Source: Candidatus Poribacteria bacterium (GTDB lineage Bacteria; Poribacteria; WGA-4E; PCPOR2b). From it: 64,000 bases of DNA. This document shows, piece after piece, positions 48,775-58,654 of the stretch (within the stretch, counting starts at the first letter, position 1; each line of letters starts with the position of its first letter). The notes under the pieces are model-generated. The model was not told where the DNA came from. It made no database searches and saw only the letters and a program-made list of their open reading frames with translations. The translations under genes were made by a program, and so were the position numbers. Where the stretch lies: assembly GCA_965116925.1 (NCBI GenBank), contig OZ220744.1, positions 1,440,001-1,504,000 on the forward strand, written 5' to 3'.

Positions 48775-49872
48775 TTAGCCTGATAACAACGGCAGCTGCA
48801 CCGGCTGTCCTGTTTCATAACACTGCAAAGCCGCAAAAGCAATCTCGTGCGTTTTGATCGCGTCCTCCAGATTGCAGTGTGATTCCCGATCATTCAAGAT
48901 GCAATCGACGAAATGGTCCATCTGCCCTTGGAATGGGTGGTGCGTAACGTCGGCGCTGTCGGGTAGGATAGCAGGGATCTCGACCCACCCATTTTGTCCG
49001 GGATACTTATGTGACCAGATCCGATTGTCCTTAATTGATCCCCGATTGCCAAAGATCTCAAGTGGAAAGGTGTAGGGCATGATGCAGCCGTAGTTGACAG
49101 AGACCTTGCCCAACACACCGTTGCTAAACTTGACCAGACAGATCTCAAAATCGTCATATTCTAGCGGGGGCGCCTCTTGCCATTGGGAGGTGAAGTAGTC
49201 ATACTCCTCCGAAACCCCTTTGCGGTAACCACCAGAATAAGCGAATACTTCGATGGGATCGGCAGCCTCATACTCACCTTTGGCGGCAAACCAACGCAGT
49301 GAATCGGCGGCGTGGCAGCCTCCTGTGATCATCGCACTCACACCTGTTGATTTCTTTCGGGCATCTTCGTAACCTGTCCACCAACTAGCAATATCATGCT
49401 GATAGTCCGTTTCGACAAAGTACGGATCACCAATCGCGTTGTCTGCAACCATCGCCTTGAGCGTTTCAAAAAGGGGATTCCAGCGTAAGACGAAACTCAC
49501 TATTGTCTTCACCCCTGCTGATCGGACTGCATCACGCATCGCCTTGATTTCTTCTAGATTATTGGCAATCGGCTTTTCAATAACGATATGCCTCCCGTTC
49601 TCTGCTGCGGCAATCGTATTTTCTGCATGTAAGTATTGAGGTGTACATACAGAAACGATGTCTACACCATCATGCTTGAGGGCTTGTTCATAGTTATCGT
49701 AAAGCCCGATATTTTCCAATCCTGCTTCCGTCGCACGGGCTTGACAACTTGTCAATTTTCGGCTTGAGATTGCGACCACCTCTGTGTGTGGATTCGTTTC
49801 AAACGCTTTAATGTGTTGCGTCGATACCCAACCTGCTCCGTGGACCAATACCCCTAATTTTTTTTCAGCCAT
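48775..49872 (-). CDS. Gfo/Idh/MocA family oxidoreductase
   Basis: GAGWV, VSVCTP..H, IEKP, GCHAAD. Confidence 0.9.
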   Translation of the reverse strand: MAEKKLGVLVHGAGWVSTQHIKAFETNPHTEVVAISSRKLTSCQARATEAGLENIGLYDNYEQALKHDGVDIVSVCTPQYLHAENTIAAAENGRHIVIEKPIANNLEEIKAMRDAVRSAGVKTIVSFVLRWNPLFETLKAMVADNAIGDPYFVETDYQHDIASWWTGYEDARKKSTGVSAMITGGCHAADSLRWFAAKGEYEAADPIEVFAYSGGYRKGVSEEYDYFTSQWQEAPPLEYDDFEICLVKFSNGVLGKVSVNYGCIMPYTFPLEIFGNRGSIKDNRIWSHKYPGQNGWVEIPAILPDSADVTHHPFQGQMDHFVDCILNDRESHCNLEDAIKTHEIAFAALQCYETGQPVQLPLLSG

Positions 49873-49985
49873 CTTAATCTCTCCTTTCCGGATCGTAGTG
49901 TTAGTAAATAGCTTGACATACTCCCCGCCCTAAAGGAGGGGGATTGTTTTGATTTCCCTGTCCAATAGTTTTGGGAATTGCGCTA

Positions 49986-51122
49986 TCAACAAGGACCGGA
50001 CGGCGAACCGCCTCTTACGTCCTCTCCTTCAAGGGTTGATGCCCCAACCCTATAGATGTTAATTGCGGCGTTACGGTCACGGTCATGGATTGTGCCACAA
50101 TCGTCGCAACGCCAGTTTCTATCACGCAGATTCAACGTTTCATTGATAGCAGCGCAAACTGAACAGGTCTTACTAGAAGGATACCACTTATGAATGAACA
50201 CGATTTTGACACCCTTTTTAGCTGCAAGGTATTTCAACTTTTTAACGAAATCGGCAAAGCCGAGGTCACTGACTTTGCGTCCCCAAAGTGATTTCATGCC
50301 TTTAAGATTCAAATCCTCAAGCCGTATCTCGTCGTATGCGTCAGTCAGTTGGTGTGCAAGTTTCCAGTGGAAGTCCTCTCGTTGCCGTTCAATCTTACGG
50401 TGCTTGCGTGCCAAGTCAAGCCGTGTGCGTTCCCGATTCTTTGACCGCTTCTTAGTTCGTGAATGTGCTCGACTTGCACGTTTGATAGCGTTGAGACTCC
50501 GCTTAAAAAACTGAGGTGATTCTATATCATGTCCATTATGACCGGTGAGATACCTTTTGAGACCAAAATCAAAGCCTGCGATTTTACCCGTCATGACTCG
50601 ATTGGGGTCAGGTTCTACATAGTCCGTTAAGATACAGATATAGACATCGCCGATACTATCCCGTTTAATCGTGCAACGTTTCGGGTTGCCCAGAATATCA
50701 CGGGACTTGAAATAGCAATAAATACGCTTTCCTATCTTGATACGATTACCCGGTAGAAGTTTCCAACCGGCTTGTAGTAAAGTGAATGACTTATACTTAC
50801 GACGGGGTTTGAAACGCGGTCTTCCCCATTTCTTACCACTAGCACGGGCTTCAAACATTGCTTTGTAGCCTTTGTCAATTCGTGCTACTACGTCTTGAAC
50901 GGCTTGGCTCGGTAATTGATTCCAATGAGCAAACTTGGGCAACCGTTTGAGTTTAGAGATATGGTTAATCAACCGAAACCTGCTGATATATTTACCGTAG
51001 CGGGTATAGTAGCGACGTTGAAGGGCTACGCAATGATTCCATACATGAGCGTGTCCGTCTATGGTCTTGTGCAACTCACGATTGCCGTGATTAGAATACA
51101 TTTTGAACTTGTAGGTTTTCAT
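49986..51122 (-). CDS. tnpB: RNA-guided endonuclease TnpB
   Basis: RuvC GFDFG, LEDL, DRDRNAA; zinc ribbon CSVC...CDDC. Confidence 0.95.
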   Translation of the reverse strand: MKTYKFKMYSNHGNRELHKTIDGHAHVWNHCVALQRRYYTRYGKYISRFRLINHISKLKRLPKFAHWNQLPSQAVQDVVARIDKGYKAMFEARASGKKWGRPRFKPRRKYKSFTLLQAGWKLLPGNRIKIGKRIYCYFKSRDILGNPKRCTIKRDSIGDVYICILTDYVEPDPNRVMTGKIAGFDFGLKRYLTGHNGHDIESPQFFKRSLNAIKRASRAHSRTKKRSKNRERTRLDLARKHRKIERQREDFHWKLAHQLTDAYDEIRLEDLNLKGMKSLWGRKVSDLGFADFVKKLKYLAAKKGVKIVFIHKWYPSSKTCSVCAAINETLNLRDRNWRCDDCGTIHDRDRNAAINIYRVGASTLEGEDVRGGSPSGPC

Positions 51123-51220
51123 TATGGATTGTCTTTCTGTCTTTCATACCTTTTCAACGAGGTGTAGGGGACGTTAGCGAGGGTGCTAACGGTTGAAATC
51201 CCCTACAGAAAGACAAGAAA

Positions 51221-51249
51221 AGTATACCATATTTCACCTGCAAATTCAA
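51221..51249 (-). promoter_or_regulatory. Internal tnpB promoter
   Basis: TTGAAT-17-TATACT with TG extension. Confidence 0.65.
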
Positions 51250-51416
51250 CTTTTTTGATTAACTAACAGGATTTGCCGTTCTGTATCCCCGCCTTGAAAG
51301 ACGAGGTTTTAGAACGGAAGATTTTGATAAAACACCCCATCAGCCAAGTCAACTACTTTTCTGCATCACCTTGCTCACCTCCTACATCGTGAGACGACGC
51401 CAACCGAACTTTCCCG

Positions 51417-51444
51417 TTGACACCGATCTGATAATTTGTATAAT
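51417..51444 (+). promoter_or_regulatory. Sigma70 promoter of the SelA-like gene
   Basis: TTGACA-16-TATAAT. Confidence 0.7.
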
Positions 51445-51550
51445 CAAGCCCACACTGTTAAATTGATTTTGCGAGAAGAAACAATAGGGATAGGGGTTAG
51501 CTTCGGAGAGGTTCATCAGGCAACACACTTGAACGCAAGGAGAGAAATGG

Positions 51551-52798
51551 ATGCGTTATTCAGCCGAACAACAGGTAACAGAAGGAACAGATCACAGCTT
51601 TGACGCCAACGTTTATACCCGCTTAGGTGTCAAACCGTTCATCAATGCCAACCTCCCGTTTACGTTTTTGAGCGCGACGGTGGTGTGGCCAGAGGTGCGC
51701 CGGGCAATTGATGAAGCAGCGCATTATATGGTTGATGTGGTCGAATTGCAAAGGGCTGTGGGCAGACGGCTTGCGGAGATTTCGGGGGCAGAATCCGGCC
51801 TGGTCTCCTCCGGTGCTGCTGGATCTATGGCGTTGGCAACAGCAGCGTGCATCGCAGGCACGGATCCAGAGAAGATTTGGCAATTGCCCGATACCACTGG
51901 ACTCAAGGATCAGGTAATCATGTGGGGTGGGCGTAATATCTTCGACAGTGCGCTGCGACTGGTAGGAGGAAAACCGGTGGTGGTTAGGTCGCTGGACGCG
52001 TTGCGTCATTCCATTAACGATAAGACCGCCATGCTTTGCACGGGATACTCTGCTGATCCAGATCCGGTCGATCCACCACCGCTAGCAGAGATGGTGTCGA
52101 TTTGTAAGGCTGCGGATATTCCTGTATTTGTAGACGCAGCCGGCGGCATTCCACCCATTGACAATATCCGGCGGTATGCCGGTATGGGTGTAGATCTATA
52201 TGGGTTCAGTGGCGGCAAAGGATTACGGGGACCGCAAGCTAGTGGGCTATTGTTTGGACAACGGGACTTGATTGAAGCGGCACTTGCCAATGCCACGCCA
52301 GTTGAAGGTGCGGTATGCCGCGCAATGAAGGTCGGAAAGGAAGAGATTATCGGTTGTATGGCAGCTCTTGAAAAATGGTTGACTGTTGACCTTGAGGCAT
52401 TGTATCACGAACAGACGGAGACGTTGAAGATAATCGCCGGATTTCTAGAATCTGTATCCGGTGTTGAAACTAAGATTGAGCTCCGCAACGGCAGTAACCG
52501 CTTCATGCAGCTGGTTGTGGATTGGGATGTAGAGGTTTTTGGGCTTACTGCAGATGAGTGTGGACGCGAGTTGCGAGAAGGCGATCCGCCTATATCGGTG
52601 CTGTGTAATTACAATCCCTATGTGACGCGGGTACGCGAACTCTTTCCACCGGCTCCGCCTGATGACAAATCGGCCAAGCGTCAAAGTACCTCATTGACAG
52701 TGTTCTCACTCAGCCTTCAGCCCGGCGAAGAGCAGATTGTTGGCACCCGACTTCGCGATGTATTGATGGCAGCCCTTAATGGGACTTCATCACATTAG
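51551..52798 (+). CDS. SelA-like/DgaE-family PLP enzyme
   Basis: LGVKPFINA, VDAAG, FSGGKGLRGPQ, MKVGKEEI. Confidence 0.85.
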   Translation: MRYSAEQQVTEGTDHSFDANVYTRLGVKPFINANLPFTFLSATVVWPEVRRAIDEAAHYMVDVVELQRAVGRRLAEISGAESGLVSSGAAGSMALATAACIAGTDPEKIWQLPDTTGLKDQVIMWGGRNIFDSALRLVGGKPVVVRSLDALRHSINDKTAMLCTGYSADPDPVDPPPLAEMVSICKAADIPVFVDAAGGIPPIDNIRRYAGMGVDLYGFSGGKGLRGPQASGLLFGQRDLIEAALANATPVEGAVCRAMKVGKEEIIGCMAALEKWLTVDLEALYHEQTETLKIIAGFLESVSGVETKIELRNGSNRFMQLVVDWDVEVFGLTADECGRELREGDPPISVLCNYNPYVTRVRELFPPAPPDDKSAKRQSTSLTVFSLSLQPGEEQIVGTRLRDVLMAALNGTSSH

Positions 52799-52850
52799 AG
52801 TTTTAGAATGAAGGTGCTACTGGAGTGGGAGAGCTATTGAGAAATTAATC

Positions 52851-55604
52851 CTAACGACGCCGAATCGTGAGATTCAAGGGCAAAAATAGCAGAACTGCAC
52901 AGAATGCGAGCATCCATTGCCACTCTTGGACGAGTGGTGCAAAACCGAATATCTGTTGTGTTGTTGGTAGATAGACGAAAGATAGATGCAGCACAATGCA
53001 AGCCAAGATAGTGAAACATAGGGGAAGATTTGCCTTTATTCTTTGGAAAACAGATTCCCAAAAGAAGCGATGGCACTGGAAATTTGAAATCAACAACCCT
53101 AAAATCAATGTCGTACATGCTGCCGTTTGCGCCGCGGCATGAGGATTCTGCTGGGTTGCATCTGCACTCACAGCTGTAAGAATAAAGCTAAAAATAGTCA
53201 TTGATGCAATGACAAGGCTGCGTAGCAGCATATCGTAGAAATCGGCGCGCGCTAGGAAGGGAGGAATCTCTTTGGGTTTGCTATATCTGATATCACCACG
53301 GACGCGATCATATCCGAGACTTATCAGCGGGATCAGACTTACGAGTAGATGGGCCCAAAACAGTTGAAGCAGGGTCAACGGCATGGGTAAATCACGTAGC
53401 TTAGGAAAAAAGAAACCGATATACGGCAGCGCGTATCCAACGATGAGCGTGATAACTTGTGCAAGACTGCAGGAGAGCAGCCAGCGCATAGAACTCCTTA
53501 AGTTGATATAAGATTCACGGACTTGACGCATGAGATCTGTGATAACAGCAAAACCGTCTTTAAGGATCACACACCCTGCGCGGTGTTGAACAATATGAGA
53601 TGAGCGTGCAGCGGCAGCGAAACTGACATCTGCCATTCGCATCGCCCGCAAATCGATCGGTAATTTTCCCCAAAATCCAACAGAATAACCGAGGCGTTTC
53701 AAATGTTGTACCAAATTCTGTTTTTGTTCGGCGGAAGGACGGCAATATACAAGTAAACGATTTACAATTGATTCATAGTGCTCATCACTGAACTCAGCTA
53801 GGTCTTCTTGCGTAACAACTCCATGTTTATCCTGAACAATGGTGAGTTCTTTGGCAATATCGAGAGCGGCGTTTCTGTCTCTATCTGTTATTGTGATAAT
53901 TTTAAGTCCTGCATCAAGACTAGATTCGATAATCTCCTTTGAATCAGGATACTCTAGCTCCATAAAAGTAATGAAGCCTAAAAAAGTCATGTTGTGCTGT
54001 GTTTCTTCCAGTGGAGGCGGAGTGTTTAGGTTTCGATAAGCGACAGCAAAAGCCTGAGTTTTACTGTTTGATAGGTATCCGATTGCCTGATGTATCAACT
54101 GCTTCTGATCGAAGCTCATGTAATTAGCGTTTCCATCAAGTTGAATGCGATGACAAGTTTGCAGGATTGCCTCTGCCTTCCCAAACATTAGCTTTAAGAA
54201 TTTTCCATCTTGAAGTGCAAAAACGAGCGTTTTATATGGGCGTTCTGATGTCTGAATCTGTTCATCAATCTTAGTGAAAGTCGCATTGTAACGTTCCAAG
54301 TCAAATCCAATTCTTTCGGCAATTTGGTTTAGCGTAGTGCTGATGCTTACTTCCGCTACGGTCGAAGTTTCGTCCATATTACTCCTGTCTCTATCCGCGG
54401 CACAGCGACTCGCGAGCAGAATCAACAGTGGGAATTCGCGTGGCACGTCTGAATCTGGCAACGCCATTGAAATTGTATCTTCGCCACCTTCATCCGATAG
54501 ATGTTGATCCCGGGATTTCAACCAAGCTTCCCACGTCTCCTGATCGACGAGATTGTCATCAACAAAAACGTGCGAAGCAGTCATCTCTCCCGTCATAAAA
54601 TTGCCGACTTCATCGACACAGACTGCCGTAAGTTTGCTCAATCTTTCCAGATTGACAAGATTACGAATTGCGATGCCCTTCTGTAAGAGTGTATAAGCGT
54701 GTTGGGTCAGGATAGCTCGACTCGTTGAGACAATCCCTTCTGGAATAGCAGCGACAACAAAACCGAAACCAAGAAACAGGAGTTCACTCCAATGGGCACT
54801 TTTATCTTGAAACAGAAACGCTAGGGCGATCGCTACTACTGCCAATATACCCCCGCCAATTCGGAAATAATCGTAGAAGAAGCCCATCTGTACTTCCGCT
54901 TCGGCATCTAGGTCCACCATCGCTGGCGTCCGCTTGTCGGATTTGCTTATCTGCATCTGATCGCCGGTCTCAACAACAATTGCTCTGGCTTCTCCTTCAA
55001 GAACATAGGTTCCTCCAAAGATCATGTTACTTTGCTTGTCGGGTGGCAAGTTCGGAGTAGAGATATCTTCATCGGTTTTTTGCGTGTTCGTTGTTGTTCC
55101 AAACACCGGTGCCTCATCGACAACTAGGGCATCAGCCTCAACAATGCGAGCATCAGCAGGGACAGAATCTCCTTCCTTCAGGAGTAATAGATCCCCGGGG
55201 ACAATCGCTGTAGGGGATAGTTTGATAATCCGCTCACCTCGAATAACGGATATACTGACCTCTAAATGGGTTTTAATCGATTGAAGCTGCGAATGCGTCC
55301 GTCCAGCCTGAATGAATCTCCAGAGGACATGAAAACAGAGAATGGCTGAAAACACTAAGATCTCGTGAATAGTACGTTGGAGATAGAAAAGGAGGCAGAT
55401 GACAATAAACAGGAGAATAACTGTTAAATTGGCAAATTGTTTCAGTAAGAGGGCAAGAAATGAACGTTCATAGGTTTGCAGAATTTCGTTGTTCCCATAT
55501 TTGCTACGTTGGGAAGTGGCTTCCTCACTACTCAACCCATGATTGAGGTCTGTTTTGAATTCATGTAGAAGATGTGGAATTTTTTGGGAGTACCAATTTG
55601 ACAT
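52851..55604 (-). CDS. P-IIA-type ATPase-like membrane protein with degenerate catalytic motifs
   Basis: GLSSEEA...YGNN, VPGD, VPADAR, IPEG, MPLTLLQL, full TM layout; DKTGT reads DEVGN, TGES and GDGVND absent. Confidence 0.85.
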   Translation of the reverse strand: MSNWYSQKIPHLLHEFKTDLNHGLSSEEATSQRSKYGNNEILQTYERSFLALLLKQFANLTVILLFIVICLLFYLQRTIHEILVFSAILCFHVLWRFIQAGRTHSQLQSIKTHLEVSISVIRGERIIKLSPTAIVPGDLLLLKEGDSVPADARIVEADALVVDEAPVFGTTTNTQKTDEDISTPNLPPDKQSNMIFGGTYVLEGEARAIVVETGDQMQISKSDKRTPAMVDLDAEAEVQMGFFYDYFRIGGGILAVVAIALAFLFQDKSAHWSELLFLGFGFVVAAIPEGIVSTSRAILTQHAYTLLQKGIAIRNLVNLERLSKLTAVCVDEVGNFMTGEMTASHVFVDDNLVDQETWEAWLKSRDQHLSDEGGEDTISMALPDSDVPREFPLLILLASRCAADRDRSNMDETSTVAEVSISTTLNQIAERIGFDLERYNATFTKIDEQIQTSERPYKTLVFALQDGKFLKLMFGKAEAILQTCHRIQLDGNANYMSFDQKQLIHQAIGYLSNSKTQAFAVAYRNLNTPPPLEETQHNMTFLGFITFMELEYPDSKEIIESSLDAGLKIITITDRDRNAALDIAKELTIVQDKHGVVTQEDLAEFSDEHYESIVNRLLVYCRPSAEQKQNLVQHLKRLGYSVGFWGKLPIDLRAMRMADVSFAAAARSSHIVQHRAGCVILKDGFAVITDLMRQVRESYINLRSSMRWLLSCSLAQVITLIVGYALPYIGFFFPKLRDLPMPLTLLQLFWAHLLVSLIPLISLGYDRVRGDIRYSKPKEIPPFLARADFYDMLLRSLVIASMTIFSFILTAVSADATQQNPHAAAQTAACTTLILGLLISNFQCHRFFWESVFQRIKANLPLCFTILACIVLHLSFVYLPTTQQIFGFAPLVQEWQWMLAFCAVLLFLPLNLTIRRR

Positions 55605-55743
55605 GGTTCAAAATTCTTGTCTGAAAACGTAAGAAAGTATGAGAAATAAAATAGTTGAGTCAAATAGGATCGGTCCGATAAGATCTGCCGTGTTCTAAAG
55701 AGCGGAGAATATATTTTACCACGTAATCATACGTCTGAAAACA

Positions 55744-55771
55744 AAAAAGCCTCGCCTAATGACGAGGCTTT
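55744..55771 (-). terminator. Terminator after rplU-rpmA
   Basis: AAAGCCTCG...CGAGGCTTT with A-run (T-run on minus). Confidence 0.85.
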
Positions 55772-55800
55772 GAATTTAACGATTTTGATGGGATAAAGCA

Positions 55801-56067
55801 CTAGAAATCGGGGCGTTCTGGATAAACGCTAACTTTCCTACGGAATTTATCTTTCCGCTCAAACCAGACATAGCCATCAATTTTCGAGAAAAGCGTGTAA
55901 TCGTTTCCCACCCCAACGTTCCTTCCGGCGTGGATGTGCGTACCGCGTTGTCGAACCAGAATGCTCCCAGCAGTCACAGTGCTCCCAGAAAACTGCTTGA
56001 CACCGAGCCGTTTACCAATACTATCTCGTCCATTGCTTGTACTTCCACCGCCTTTTTTATGAGCCAT
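55801..56067 (-). CDS. rpmA: 50S ribosomal protein bL27 (short N-terminus)
   Basis: [29 protein letters not shown]. Confidence 0.97.
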   Translation of the reverse strand: MAHKKGGGSTSNGRDSIGKRLGVKQFSGSTVTAGSILVRQRGTHIHAGRNVGVGNDYTLFSKIDGYVWFERKDKFRRKVSVYPERPDF

Positions 56068-56410
56068 TTTCGTTTTCCTCCTCAGATGCGTTATTTCCGT
56101 CTCGTATTTCAGTAATGCGTAATCGGGTAAATTGCTGCCGGTGTCCAAGTTTCCGCTTATACCCTTTGCGCCTTTTCGACTTGAAAACGACAATTTTTTT
56201 GTTCTTAGCTTGTTGTACGACTTCACCAACGACAGCGGCATTTTCGAGGTACGGTGTACCGACTTGCACGTTGCCGTTACCGTCGCCTATAGCCAATATT
56301 TCTGGTAGGGTCACTTCTTCACCGACAGGCGCGTCTAACTTTTCAATATCAATTAGCGTATCCACCTGAACACGATGCTGTTTCCCACCCGAGGCAAATA
56401 CAGCATACAT
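56057..56410 (-). CDS. rplU: 50S ribosomal protein bL21
   Basis: [25 protein letters not shown]. Confidence 0.97.
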   Translation of the reverse strand: MYAVFASGGKQHRVQVDTLIDIEKLDAPVGEEVTLPEILAIGDGNGNVQVGTPYLENAAVVGEVVQQAKNKKIVVFKSKRRKGYKRKLGHRQQFTRLRITEIRDGNNASEEENENGS

Positions 56411-56481
56411 CTTTCTTTCTCCTTAAAAAAATCTGTGTAGTGTTCGCGTCCCCTTCCAAGCAAGCGGAGATGCAAGTAAGA

Positions 56482-56510
56482 ATTATAACAAAAATTCTCT
56501 CAACAGTCAA
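56482..56510 (-). promoter_or_regulatory. Promoter of rplU-rpmA
   Basis: TTGACT-17-TATAAT with TG extension. Confidence 0.8.
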
Positions 56511-56512
56511 TG

Positions 56513-58060
56513 TTAATTCAAGTAAATCTCGCGATTAGAACCCTCTGCAAAGATTTGATAATCCTCAAGATGTACATCCGCATCCCCTTGCAGCCGAATC
56601 TGTAGATTCATTGACTTCTCAAGTTGTCCCAATCTACCGGCTTTCTCGTCAAGCAGATGGGATACAATGTGTTCATTTGCAACTACCCTCAATCGGCGTT
56701 TCCGGGATTTCCGATGGGCTTTCTTGATAGATCGGAACAGATCAATCGTAATTGTATCAGTTGAAAGGACTGATCCGTGCCCATCACAATAGGGACAAGA
56801 TTCAGTGAGAACAGTGGCCAAGCTGGGACGGGTCCGTTGCCGCGTCATTTCTACGAGTCCAAGATCGGATATGTGTAACAGGTTCGTTCGGGCCCGATCT
56901 TTATCTAGTGCCTGCTGCAGCAACTTATAGACCATTCGTCGATGCTCGGGATTATCCATATCAATAAAATCAATGACGATAATTCCGCCAAGATCTCTCA
57001 GGCGAATCTGCCGCACCACTTCCTCAACAGCCTCTAGGTTTGCGCTCAAGATGGTACTGTCGGGGTCTCCTTTCCCGACAAATTTCCCGGTATTGACATC
57101 AATAGAGACCATCGCTTCCGTCTGTTGAATAACGAGGTGTCCACCACATTTGAGCCAGATTTTTTCACTCAGTGCCTTCTTGAGTTCTTTTTCAATACCG
57201 TAGGCTTCAAAAATAGGGGTTGATTTGTTATAAAACTTGACCTGTGAACGTAGTTCCGATCCAGAAGATGAAAGGTACTCCATCGCATCCTGATGTTGTT
57301 CCTTGGAATCAATGACAAGCCGTGTAACTTCGCTTGTGAACGAATCTCGAATAACTCGCACAATGAAGCTGTGTTCCTTATGAACAAGACTTGGAGCTGG
57401 CATCTTCTCAGCTTGTTTAACAATCCGTTTCCATTGGCCAACAAGGTACTGGATCTCTGCGGTAAAGTCCTTCTCACTTTTTCCTTCAGCAGAGGTGCGA
57501 ATAATAAATCCACCTTCGACATCAGCACGTATCGCTTCGGCAATGCTCCTGAGACGCTGCCTCTCTTCTGCTGACTCAATCCGGCGGGACACACCGATGT
57601 TTGACGCGGTGGGCAGATAGACAACATAACGCCCAGGCAGCGTGATACAGGTTGTTACCCGGGGCCCCTTTGTCCCAATTGGCTCTTTTCCAACCTGTAC
57701 TAGAATCTCTTGGTTTGGGTGAATAAGGTCGCTGATAGAATACGAATATCCCCTTCCGGGTTTTGGTGAGTTGTTCGATTTTCTATTGAGATCGAGTTTT
57801 GTGGAATCATCATTGGAGCCATCTTCTTCCAAATCACGAATGATATCCGAAATATGCAGAAAAGCGTGCCGCTCCAGTCCAATATTCACGAAGGCAATCT
57901 GCATACCGGGAAGGACGTTCTCTACGCGACCCTTATAAGTGTTGTTGAGCGTGTGCTCGTCATTTTTGCGTTCAATATCAATCTCGGTTAGAACGCCATC
58001 TTCAAGTACAGCACATCGCGTTTCATATTCATCGTCAGAAATGATAATCTCTTTTTGCAT
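56513..58060 (-). CDS. rng: RNase E/G family ribonuclease (RNase G size)
   Basis: KEPIGTKGP, IDVNTG, RLRDLGGIIVIDFIDM, EMTRQR, CPYCDG. Confidence 0.93.
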   Translation of the reverse strand: MQKEIIISDDEYETRCAVLEDGVLTEIDIERKNDEHTLNNTYKGRVENVLPGMQIAFVNIGLERHAFLHISDIIRDLEEDGSNDDSTKLDLNRKSNNSPKPGRGYSYSISDLIHPNQEILVQVGKEPIGTKGPRVTTCITLPGRYVVYLPTASNIGVSRRIESAEERQRLRSIAEAIRADVEGGFIIRTSAEGKSEKDFTAEIQYLVGQWKRIVKQAEKMPAPSLVHKEHSFIVRVIRDSFTSEVTRLVIDSKEQHQDAMEYLSSSGSELRSQVKFYNKSTPIFEAYGIEKELKKALSEKIWLKCGGHLVIQQTEAMVSIDVNTGKFVGKGDPDSTILSANLEAVEEVVRQIRLRDLGGIIVIDFIDMDNPEHRRMVYKLLQQALDKDRARTNLLHISDLGLVEMTRQRTRPSLATVLTESCPYCDGHGSVLSTDTITIDLFRSIKKAHRKSRKRRLRVVANEHIVSHLLDEKAGRLGQLEKSMNLQIRLQGDADVHLEDYQIFAEGSNREIYLN

Positions 58061-58654
58061 TGTCGCCTCCGTCCTTAAGTTCAAGAACTAGGTCACACAA
58101 CTCACAACCGATCTATCTATGGAGGCAACGAACAAAACAATCAGGCTTAGGGAGAGGTAATCTTTTAATCAATAATGGTAATCCGTATGCTTTTGCATCG
58201 TTCGGGCATATCGTATAACACCGCCCGGCGTAAGGTCTACGATAGATACAGCTTCACTTTTTTCGTTGTTACTGCACCATCACTATATTCATGATAATCT
58301 TCACCATGACCGCATCCAGAGTTGAAACGCGAAGCACCTTTCTCATCCCGTTTCATGTATTGTATCCAAATTCTTAAATTATTGAGAAAATTGTAAGAAC
58401 TTGAAAATTAAAAGATTAAGTGAGCATGTGCACTATCACCAAAGATGTGAGAAAATCTCATGAGAACAGGATTAACACCAAAAATGTCAAGCCGTTAGAA
58501 GCGGGGGAAATTAAGTGGCGGTATGAGGAAGCGTTCCTCTACCCGTTCACTTTTCGATTCTGTATCCGCCCACACTAGACGGGAAATGCTGTTCTACGAA
58601 ATTCTTCACAGGCGATCTGTGAGTACACTCTTTCAACCTGATTTGTTTAGAACC

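Larger units (their letters stand above)
49913..51326 (-). mobile_element. TnpB-only IS200/IS605-family element
   Basis: Minus strand: TTTAT|CAAAA left end with hairpin CCGTTCT...AGAACGG; right end ...TTTAGGGCGGGGAGTATGTCAA|; no tnpA, no TSD. Confidence 0.85.

Noticed and set aside
51551..52798. True selenocysteine synthase selA
   Set aside because: No selB, selC or selD nearby; motifs fit the SelA-like/DgaE group
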